Shown here one piece after another: positions 26,978 to 34,702 of a stretch of DNA of 64,000 bases. This DNA comes from a virus: positions 1 through 64,000 of IMG/VR virus record IMGVR_UViG_3300035681_000001. One strand, written 5' to 3'. Positions within the stretch are counted from its first letter, which is position 1, and the number at the start of each line of letters is the position of its first letter. The notes under the pieces are model-generated. The model ran no database searches and had not been told where the DNA came from. It worked only from the letters and a program-made list of their open reading frames with translations. Both the position numbers and the translations under genes were made by a program.

Positions 26978-28066
26978 ATGAGCACTTTCACTCTAGCTAC
27001 AGAGCAACCTACACCTACCAGAAAGACTATTGCCAGAGGTCGCCATAAATTTATTGCTTTCCCTGGCGAAACCCAAAAGGCACTGTTTTCATACACACTT
27101 GGTGGTTCATCACACCAATGCTTAGACGTTAATGGTAGTACTAGAAGAATACCACAAAATTATCATTCTGTAAGAATTTTCACTATCACAGCACCTAGAA
27201 CTGCTCTGGTACCTTTACCAGAATCTGGAGATCAAAAGAAATGGTTAAATATTTTTACTGAAAGAACTTGCAAAAACTGCTCGCACTTAGCGCAACCAGC
27301 TCTAGCTGTACAGTCTGCTTTTCTAGCAGACCGCAACATAATAAACCTTAAAATAGACGCACTAGAACGAGTAGTAGCTAGGTATCAAACTGGAACTTGT
27401 AAAGGTGTACAAGCACATCAAACAGGTATTTGTCCTGCCTCACACAACATAGCTGAGGGCTTGTCCTCATTGGACACTGCAGTTATGCAAGTTCCTGCTT
27501 TGTGTCTAATGTCTACTTATACTAGTCAAACAGACCTACTAGCCTTTAGCGAAAGGGAGTACAACCTTTTTGCTTATCGAGAAACTGATCAAAAAGTAGG
27601 CCCTTACTGCCCAGCTAATGTGCACTCATCAGGAAAAATCTGTTGGGGTAGAGAAATGCAAAACAGCAACGTTAAACCTCGCACACCTAAAGAAGCGTTG
27701 TCTATGTACTGGGGGTCTGGTTTTAACCAAGACTTAGCGTCTCAACGGGGCTCAAGTCTAAAAACTACTTTAGAAAACTATCGACAAACTGAAACTAGTT
27801 ACGGAAAACTACAAAATTATTTGCACGAGCATAAATACGGTACCAGCCAACCGTGTGTCGGCATCTATTTAAGCTCTTACAGAAACTTGTTGCAAAAAGT
27901 TCCTGCTGAGCACCACATAAAATTAGGAGAAGAGACAATGGTACTAGCTTGGGTCTTATACGCTGAACCAGAAAGGTACGTACTAGATTGCAACGGCTTT
28001 CTGGTAGAAATGAGTAAATTAAATGGCTCCTCCACAGTAAACATCCATAACCTTACTGAATCCTGA
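26978..28066 (+). CDS. prokaryotic E2 family D-like (PRTRC-B-like) Ubl-conjugating enzyme
   Basis: PANVHSSGKICWG...YWGSGFNQDL matches the Prok-E2_D consensus (PNVxxxGxICWG...FxxSxFNxDL). The putative catalytic Cys is residue 222 (27641-27643). Confidence 0.82.
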   Translation: MSTFTLATEQPTPTRKTIARGRHKFIAFPGETQKALFSYTLGGSSHQCLDVNGSTRRIPQNYHSVRIFTITAPRTALVPLPESGDQKKWLNIFTERTCKNCSHLAQPALAVQSAFLADRNIINLKIDALERVVARYQTGTCKGVQAHQTGICPASHNIAEGLSSLDTAVMQVPALCLMSTYTSQTDLLAFSEREYNLFAYRETDQKVGPYCPANVHSSGKICWGREMQNSNVKPRTPKEALSMYWGSGFNQDLASQRGSSLKTTLENYRQTETSYGKLQNYLHEHKYGTSQPCVGIYLSSYRNLLQKVPAEHHIKLGEETMVLAWVLYAEPERYVLDCNGFLVEMSKLNGSSTVNIHNLTES

Positions 28067-28854
28067 TGAAATTCGACCAAGTTCACCTAGTAGGTCTGGG
28101 TGGTACCGGTTCGTACTTAGCTAAACCTCTTACTAGGTTGCTTAAATACCACAACCAAGGTACGACTAACTTACACTTCTGGGATAAAGACCTAGTAGAA
28201 CCACACAACCTGATCCGCCAAGACTTTGGTGCTGAAGCTGTAGACCAAAATAAAGCTGAAATCATGGCCTCAGAACTAAAGTCTATCAACCCTTACATCC
28301 GAGTACACACTGGTTGGTTTGTACCTGATACCCTAAACGAATGGTTGACTCAACAGCCAGCTAACAATTTGTTAATAGTACTGGCTGTTGATAACGACGC
28401 CACGCGTAATGCAATCATCGTAGAACTAGATGCAATGCCCAACCAAGACTTTGTGCTAGTACTGCCAGGTAATGGCTATGACACCGGCAATACTTATTGG
28501 TACGGTAGGCAAGGTAGCGAAACAGCTCCTGTACACCCGTTCGACGTAGCGGATAACTGGGCTTTTCCGCAAGACGGTTTGCCTGGAGATTGTGCAGAAG
28601 AAGCTAAGTCTACACCTCAACTTATAACCAGTAACTTTTCCCAAGCACTATGTTCGTTGGAGATCGTACTAGGGCTATTGAACGACACACCTATGCCATT
28701 CAAAATGGATTACTCGGGTCCTAATTTCAGTATTCGAGCAGAAGGTAAACCTACGTACTTTCCTAGCTTGATTAAACCTGAACCCGTGGTAGTGGCGGCT
28801 CCTGCAGCCCCAGTAGTAGAGCCCGAACTCCCAGTAGTTGACTTGTTCTGTTAA
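28066..28854 (+). CDS. ThiF/E1-like Ubl-activating enzyme (PRTRC ThiF-like)
   Basis: VGLGGTGS, D.D.VE..NL.RQ, NKAE, AVDN..TR and CAEE....PQLITSN motifs. Confidence 0.9.
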   Translation: MKFDQVHLVGLGGTGSYLAKPLTRLLKYHNQGTTNLHFWDKDLVEPHNLIRQDFGAEAVDQNKAEIMASELKSINPYIRVHTGWFVPDTLNEWLTQQPANNLLIVLAVDNDATRNAIIVELDAMPNQDFVLVLPGNGYDTGNTYWYGRQGSETAPVHPFDVADNWAFPQDGLPGDCAEEAKSTPQLITSNFSQALCSLEIVLGLLNDTPMPFKMDYSGPNFSIRAEGKPTYFPSLIKPEPVVVAAPAAPVVEPELPVVDLFC

Positions 28855-28855
28855 G

Positions 28856-29338
28856 TCAGTAACTACCTCCATAGGTCCTGCCTACTATAAGCCCTCTAGC
28901 AGCCATACTTAACACATCAGACTGCAAAGAAGAGGTAACGTGTAGAGCAGGATCTATCAAACCCATATTGTAGTTAAACTTCTGACCAAAAGTAACTAAG
29001 TCATCAGCGGTAGGGTCTTCTTCAAAGGCCCCTAGTTCAGCTCTCAATAAACCGTAAACTACTGGAGCACTAGAAACAACAGTACCGCTACCAGCAAACA
29101 ACGCAATTATGAAACAACCTAACCCACTAGTAGGAGCAGCAGTAAAAGTTATTGAATCACCTGAAACACTAAAGTTTGCTGCTGGAGACTGCGGTACACC
29201 ACCGATAACTACGTTTAACTGAGCTGCGTTTACTGGAACAAAAGCACCACCGGACAACCTTAGAGGAAAAGTGGTACGAGAACCATTAAAGAAGGTAGAA
29301 ATGTCATCTAATACTACGTTGCTCGCTGCATTAGACAT
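28856..29338 (-). CDS. virion structural (baseplate/fibre-type) protein
   Basis: LDDIS..FNG..T.F.L...QL.V.IGGV.Q.P...FSVSG..ITFT.AP, a repeat typical of cyanophage structural proteins. Confidence 0.7.
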   Translation of the reverse strand: MSNAASNVVLDDISTFFNGSRTTFPLRLSGGAFVPVNAAQLNVVIGGVPQSPAANFSVSGDSITFTAAPTSGLGCFIIALFAGSGTVVSSAPVVYGLLRAELGAFEEDPTADDLVTFGQKFNYNMGLIDPALHVTSSLQSDVLSMAARGLIVGRTYGGSY

Positions 29339-29754
29339 CAGTAACTACCTCCATCCCAGCTAGTACCCGTTAAACCTACAGTACCATCCATAGCTTCTAA
29401 AGAACCACCATAAACCAAACCTGTACTCTGTTTTCCATCTAACACCGTAATAGAATCAACTACTAGCTTATCTAAAGTGATTACACCAGCAGCGTTAATA
29501 TAAGGTATTTTGAGATTCTCAGCTGTAGCAGTAAGGTTGTCTGAACTGAGCAGTTGATCTAAGTTAAAATTATAAGCTTCAATATGAGTACGCAAAGTAT
29601 CAGCAGTCTCATCATTATCTGATAAGCCAGTAGAAGTCCGACGCAAACCGTTGTACGTAATACGGTAAGGTCCAGCTGGAGGCGCTAAAGTGTCGTTATA
29701 AGCAGGATGTGCTAAAACATCCCCGAGGTCCGTTCCTTGAGTAAAGTTAGGCAT
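29338..29754 (-). CDS. putative virion structural protein
   Basis: 138 aa ending in DGGSY, coupled to the gene at 28856. Confidence 0.6.
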   Translation of the reverse strand: MPNFTQGTDLGDVLAHPAYNDTLAPPAGPYRITYNGLRRTSTGLSDNDETADTLRTHIEAYNFNLDQLLSSDNLTATAENLKIPYINAAGVITLDKLVVDSITVLDGKQSTGLVYGGSLEAMDGTVGLTGTSWDGGSY

Positions 29755-29778
29755 TAAAGAGAAACACTTCCTAGTAGA

Positions 29779-30138
29779 ATGATAACTGACCTGTATACAC
29801 CAGCAATGACTCTTTTCTCAACCGCTTGCACCCTGCAAGAACTACACGAACAACTAGCAGCAGTAGAGCTGCGCATAGTCAACAATCAAAAGCTAAAAGC
29901 TCAATACGAATTACGCAAACTAGAAATTGAAGGGGAATTCCAATACGCCGTTGCTTTTGACAGTACTCTCAAAAACGATACCCAACGATCAGCTGTTTTA
30001 ATAAAAGAAAAACTAAGCTCTAAGGAATGGATTCAGCTCATGAAAGTGGATCTTCCTAACGTAGAAGCAGAACTAACTGCTGACCACTTTAAGGAAAAAA
30101 CACTCAGAGAAATCGTGAGCTGGCTAATTAAATCGTAA
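29779..30138 (+). CDS. coiled-coil hypothetical protein
   Basis: 119 aa with a heptad pattern. Confidence 0.7.
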   Translation: MITDLYTPAMTLFSTACTLQELHEQLAAVELRIVNNQKLKAQYELRKLEIEGEFQYAVAFDSTLKNDTQRSAVLIKEKLSSKEWIQLMKVDLPNVEAELTADHFKEKTLREIVSWLIKS

Positions 30139-30174
30139 GTAAACAGTACAACGTTTGGTCTGTAGTACTATTGT

Positions 30175-30795
30175 GTGCGTTTTGTGGCTTCATCAGGTCT
30201 AATTAAACCCAGATATATTAACTATTCTTCGTTACACTTAAGAGACTGGTTAGCATCAAAAGTAAGGTTGCTACTGAAACAACAACCAGTTAACCAGACA
30301 CCTAATAATCCTTTAGAGTCGTACGTATATTACCTAGAACGTTTTAGGTTTACTCACTTGATGCTTAGTGAACTAAAAACCTATTACCCTAAACAAGCTG
30401 CTGTACAAGACGGCAGTGTATATCACCCGGTGCTATTTGACATAACGTCAATTGATACTGCTCGACTTCGTCTAGAAGCAGCGTGCTGTGCATGGCTAAG
30501 TTGGGATGGTAAAACCCTAAAAGACGTAGGGGTACCTGTAGACCAGATACCTGACGGGTTGTCTTATGGTTTAGTGTTACGGTACCCTGAGCCAATAATG
30601 AGAGCTGCCTGCTATTTAGCAGAAGAAACTAAAGAAGAAGAACTGCTATATCGAATCACCCCAGAAAAACACTACCAAGCAGAACAATTCGCGCTGCAAG
30701 AACTAAGACGTAGTTTTGACTTAACTGAAACTCAAATAGATAACATCCTTTCGGGACACCGGCAGCATTCTTTAGCTGTTAGGCCCTTACCTTAA
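30175..30795 (+). CDS. hypothetical protein, possible C-terminal sigma-region-4-like HTH
   Basis: 206 aa. The weak HTH-like C-terminus reads RAACYL...EQFALQELRR. Confidence 0.55.
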   Translation: MRFVASSGLIKPRYINYSSLHLRDWLASKVRLLLKQQPVNQTPNNPLESYVYYLERFRFTHLMLSELKTYYPKQAAVQDGSVYHPVLFDITSIDTARLRLEAACCAWLSWDGKTLKDVGVPVDQIPDGLSYGLVLRYPEPIMRAACYLAEETKEEELLYRITPEKHYQAEQFALQELRRSFDLTETQIDNILSGHRQHSLAVRPLP

Positions 30796-31248
30796 TTACG
30801 AATCACCAGCAGCTACAAATAGTTCAACCAAAGCAGCCGGATAACCTTCAGGCGGTTGCCCAGCAGGCAGCGACAAAGGTTGAGCCGGAACTTGCACTCT
30901 TATTGAAGTAACTACATCCAATGGAGTTTCGCTGGTATCCACTACGTGCATAGTAAAAGTACTCAACAGACTAGTGTAACTAGTACTAGCAGTAGTAAAG
31001 GTTACTCGTACCGGTCTAGTGGACTTTACCAGCAAAACTCTAGGGGCTGTAAAACCTTGAGCTGCTAAGTTAAAGTCTTCATAAGACGCAGCTGGAATCC
31101 TACTAGTGATGTTGTAAGCGTAGATAGGAGCTTGCCGAGTGCCAAAAGATGCCTCGGGTAACTTCAAGAAATGCTTGACGTTATTAAGCGAGCTGCTGAC
31201 AGACACACTAGCTGTAGCAATTACGTTATAAGCCATCAAAAAAACCAA
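30796..31248 (-). CDS. putative virion structural protein
   Basis: Isolated minus-strand 150-aa beta-rich ORF exactly filling the gap between plus-strand genes. Confidence 0.6.
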   Translation of the reverse strand: MVFLMAYNVIATASVSVSSSLNNVKHFLKLPEASFGTRQAPIYAYNITSRIPAASYEDFNLAAQGFTAPRVLLVKSTRPVRVTFTTASTSYTSLLSTFTMHVVDTSETPLDVVTSIRVQVPAQPLSLPAGQPPEGYPAALVELFVAAGDS

Positions 31249-31258
31249 TACTAACTCT

Positions 31259-31771
31259 ATGTTACGAAACTGTCCATTAGAGTACTACAACAATTGTGCT
31301 GGAGCAGGAAAAGATTGTCGGGTCTGTAGTGCAGGTTCAGGTCTTAAAAACAAGTGCTTATACCAACCACTAGTACCGCCTGAACACCACTGTTACTACC
31401 ACCCGTTACAACAACCTGATAATCCCTTAGTAATAGAAAAAGAAAAGCGAAAAAAAATACTTAAAAGAGCGCAAGCTACAGAACGTACCGTAGAGCAAGA
31501 AATCATAAAAGGTACTTTGAGGTCGGGAGCAGCTTTAGGGGATGGTGACCACTTGCTGTTAGATAGTATCCGCCAAGAAGTCAAAGACCGAGGCGCCCGA
31601 AGTTCATGGAACCTGAGTTGGAGCGAGTATACTAAAGGCTGCCGGCAGGGCATCCAAGTTTACGCTGTTTCCATACAGCCTCCGAGCGGCCCTCGTAAAA
31701 CAATGTATATGATGGAAGAACACGTATTCACCGCCTTGCTAGCTAGTATTCAAGCATCTCAACATGAGTGA
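31259..31771 (+). CDS. PD-(D/E)xK nuclease (resolvase-like) with a Cys-rich N-terminus
   Basis: ERTV...SGA..GDGD......QEVK catalytic pattern. Confidence 0.6.
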   Translation: MLRNCPLEYYNNCAGAGKDCRVCSAGSGLKNKCLYQPLVPPEHHCYYHPLQQPDNPLVIEKEKRKKILKRAQATERTVEQEIIKGTLRSGAALGDGDHLLLDSIRQEVKDRGARSSWNLSWSEYTKGCRQGIQVYAVSIQPPSGPRKTMYMMEEHVFTALLASIQASQHE

Positions 31772-32780
31772 CTTAAGTGATTATCTAAAGAAGAAATATA
31801 AAGACACCGTCAAAGTCGGAGATGACTTTCCTCCTATTAAGAGAATTTCTACCGGCATTTTAGGACTAGACATCATCTTAGGAGGTGGGCTACCGTTAGG
31901 TCGAATAGGTGAAATATTCGGTATTGAGTCAGGGGGTAAAACAGCTACCTCGTTGGCTTTGATCAAAGCAGCTCAACTACAAGGTATCGAGCCTGTTTTT
32001 ATAGATATGGAAAGAACCTTAGACCCAGACCAAGTAAACAGAACGGGTATTGATAACGAGTTGTTCCACCGAGCTTTTCCTAACTACGGAGAAGAAGCTA
32101 TTGATCTAGGTCTAGAAGCAGCTACTGCAGGCTCTAAGTTAATCATTATTGATTCTGTACCAGGCTTAACCCCTAAGTCCACAGAAGAAAAAGTCGAAAA
32201 AGACTCGGAAGCTAGGTCTATGGGAGCCGTAGCCGGGCTGCTTACTAGACTAATGGGAAAAATCATCAAAGGTGTTGAAACCTCAGAATGCTCTTGGATA
32301 TTCCTAAACCAAGTTAGAGACAAAATGAACTCTCCTTATGGAGGGGTCCACACACCAGGTGGTCACGCTAAAGATCATATGTGTTCTTGGCGTTTACAAA
32401 TCACACACGCTATTCAAGAAAAAGATAAAGAAGGCGTAATTACCTCGTACATCAAAGGCCTAAAAAACAAGACTGCCCCAGCAGGTCTTACTGGGGAACT
32501 AGTAATAGAAAAAGGTATCGTAAACGCAGCGGCTTCCTTAGTAGATGGTGCTATTCGAGCTGGGCTCTTAGAAAAGGCGGGCAGTTGGATCAAGTTCTCT
32601 AATGAAGTAGTAGAAGAATTCAGCCTACCCAAAGCCAACCTAGCTCAAGGTAGTGTAAAGGCCGGCGCTGAACTGCTAGCTAACCCTGAGTTGTACAAGA
32701 TCCTATACAACCGCTCTTTGATAGCTAGCGGTGTACTGCCTGACCGAATTCCTAATTATTGGAAACTGACTAATGAGTGA
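31764..32780 (+). CDS. recA: RecA recombinase
   Basis: ISTG...LDIILGGGLP.GRI.EIFG.ESGGKT, FIDME..LDP, IIIDSV, FLNQVR and PGG.A motifs. Confidence 0.95.
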   Translation: MSDLSDYLKKKYKDTVKVGDDFPPIKRISTGILGLDIILGGGLPLGRIGEIFGIESGGKTATSLALIKAAQLQGIEPVFIDMERTLDPDQVNRTGIDNELFHRAFPNYGEEAIDLGLEAATAGSKLIIIDSVPGLTPKSTEEKVEKDSEARSMGAVAGLLTRLMGKIIKGVETSECSWIFLNQVRDKMNSPYGGVHTPGGHAKDHMCSWRLQITHAIQEKDKEGVITSYIKGLKNKTAPAGLTGELVIEKGIVNAAASLVDGAIRAGLLEKAGSWIKFSNEVVEEFSLPKANLAQGSVKAGAELLANPELYKILYNRSLIASGVLPDRIPNYWKLTNE

Positions 32781-33027
32781 CTATAGCTCGCTAGAAACAC
32801 CAAAACTAGAACCAGCCGACCAGCAGTTTTTCACTTACGCAGCCCGAGAAGCTGACCTAGCCACAGCTGAATGTCGACAAGCTAAAGCGCTATTTGAGGA
32901 AGCAGCTGAAAAGCAAAGAACCAAAGTAAACGCTATACAAGAATTTTCTACTTACTTAACTAAAAAATACCAACTAACAGACGATCAAGACATCGACCTA
33001 GACGGCAACATCATTAATCGAACTTAA
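32773..33027 (+). CDS. hypothetical protein
   Basis: 84 aa, coupled to recA and polA. Confidence 0.7.
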   Translation: MSDYSSLETPKLEPADQQFFTYAAREADLATAECRQAKALFEEAAEKQRTKVNAIQEFSTYLTKKYQLTDDQDIDLDGNIINRT

Positions 33028-34380
33028 GTGGACTTTCTGTATTGTAACGACCTCGGTACTTATCGTACTGGGGTTTTATCTTTGGGGTGTGAGCCTTTAG
33101 CGTTAGACACAGAAACTATGGTCCGACCTGAATATGAAGGTCGAGGCGGCAGTGCTCTGGACCCTCATACCGGTAGGATATCTCTAGTTATAGTCCAGCA
33201 CTTAAATCAAATACCGATCATCTTTGATCTGGTTTGTTTAGAAGCTCTAGGTTATGACCCAGAACCGCTAGTTAAAGCTTTAGACACAGCCGAGTACTTA
33301 CTAGGAGCCAACATCAAGTTTGATGCCAAACAACTCCGAGGAACTTTAGGTTACACACCTAAGAAACTTAGAGATGTGATGCTGCTAGGTAAACTAATCA
33401 GCAACGCTACTGGATCTAAAGCTGGTAAAGCAGTAGGGCACTCGCTAGGAGACCTAACGCGTGAATACCTAAACGTCCACTTGGCAGGTAAAGGCACTTT
33501 ACAAAAGTCTACCTGGGCTACCGGAGTAGAATCTCGTACGTTAACTAACGAGTGGTGGTTAGAAAAACTAACTTACGCAGCCAACGACGTAGCTTACCTA
33601 TTTCCCTTACAAGCTGTAATGCTACCGATACTACAAACACCACTACCCGATTCTCCACTTACTCAAACAGGTAACACTGGAGCATGGGGGTTTGGTATGA
33701 CCATAGCAGTACAACGAGAGTTTAGGTTGTTACCAGTAACAGCCGAGATGGAATACAACGGGCTGCCTGTTTCTAAAGACTTTATGACTGCTTTTCAAGA
33801 AGCAGTCAAAGACTCTCTGGATTCTTTAGGGGTATATCTGTCCATAGAACTAAAACTAGACACTCCTCAAAAAGACTGGTCCGGGCGGTTAGTGCCTTCT
33901 TTAAAAGCCTTAAAAGTACTGCGCTCAGCTAGTGGGTTACTAGACCTCATACGTAAAGCTCTAGACTTCCAGAAAATAGACAACGTTCAAGCAGCCGTGC
34001 TGCAACGTATGCTGTCCATCCTAGACGCACTGGCTGCCGCTAGCACTGCAGACGATAGCACACCCACTACAGGTGAGCTGTTTATTAACGAAGACGAAGA
34101 AACCTTATACTCAGAATTAACCGAACTAGAACACTGTAAGTTAATAGCAGCCTCTCCTATAGTCCAGGCTATTTTGGACTTTAAACGGCTGACTAAACAA
34201 GATGGAATGGATTTGCGTAAATACATAAACCCAGCTACTGGTAGGATCCATCCTAGTTACAGTCAAATAGGTGCTGCTACCGGACGGTTTGCTAGTTCCG
34301 GGCCTAATGCCCAACAAATCTCCAACAAAACCAAGGTATTACTAGATGGGTTCCAAACCCTTGGATTGGCCTCTACGTAA
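33028..34380 (+). CDS. polA: family A DNA polymerase, N-terminal part (3'-5' exonuclease plus thumb)
   Basis: LALDTET (ExoI), GANIKFD (ExoII), YAANDV (ExoIII), IHPSY.Q.GAATGRF.SSGPN. Stop codon at 34378-34380. Confidence 0.9.
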   Translation: MDFLYCNDLGTYRTGVLSLGCEPLALDTETMVRPEYEGRGGSALDPHTGRISLVIVQHLNQIPIIFDLVCLEALGYDPEPLVKALDTAEYLLGANIKFDAKQLRGTLGYTPKKLRDVMLLGKLISNATGSKAGKAVGHSLGDLTREYLNVHLAGKGTLQKSTWATGVESRTLTNEWWLEKLTYAANDVAYLFPLQAVMLPILQTPLPDSPLTQTGNTGAWGFGMTIAVQREFRLLPVTAEMEYNGLPVSKDFMTAFQEAVKDSLDSLGVYLSIELKLDTPQKDWSGRLVPSLKALKVLRSASGLLDLIRKALDFQKIDNVQAAVLQRMLSILDALAAASTADDSTPTTGELFINEDEETLYSELTELEHCKLIAASPIVQAILDFKRLTKQDGMDLRKYINPATGRIHPSYSQIGAATGRFASSGPNAQQISNKTKVLLDGFQTLGLAST

Positions 34381-34702
34381 AAGGTCAATAGGCTTTGAAA
34401 ACAACCTCATATTAAAAGAGCTGCTACTGCTAGGGGCCTTTAAAGAAAAAAACGCTATAGCTTGGCCCTCAGACACTGGCTTGACAGAATCAGAAACTAA
34501 AACACTACTAGAGTCCTTACGTAAGAAGAACCTTATTCGCGGCCGAGCACCTTATAAGCTAACCACTAAAGGAAAGAAAATAGTAGCCGATCACTACCAC
34601 CGTTTGTTAGCTGAGTATGAATCTAGTAGAACCCAACTACCAGTTTCTGGCAACACCCAGACAATCATTCGTAACGAAGGGGAAAGTTTGGATTTCAGTT
34701 GA
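34346..34702 (+). CDS. winged-helix-like protein inserted between the polA parts
   Basis: ETKTLLESLRKKNLIR...YKLTTKGK is a MarR/wHTH-like wing motif. It overlaps both pol ORFs in the third frame. Confidence 0.55.
   Translation: MGSKPLDWPLRKRSIGFENNLILKELLLLGAFKEKNAIAWPSDTGLTESETKTLLESLRKKNLIRGRAPYKLTTKGKKIVADHYHRLLAEYESSRTQLPVSGNTQTIIRNEGESLDFS

Noticed and set aside
34381-34616. Group I intron or T4 gene 60-style ribosomal hop explaining the first polA break
   Set aside because: No P/Q/R/S core is present, and no matching take-off and landing codon for ACG-TAA was found near the start of part 2.
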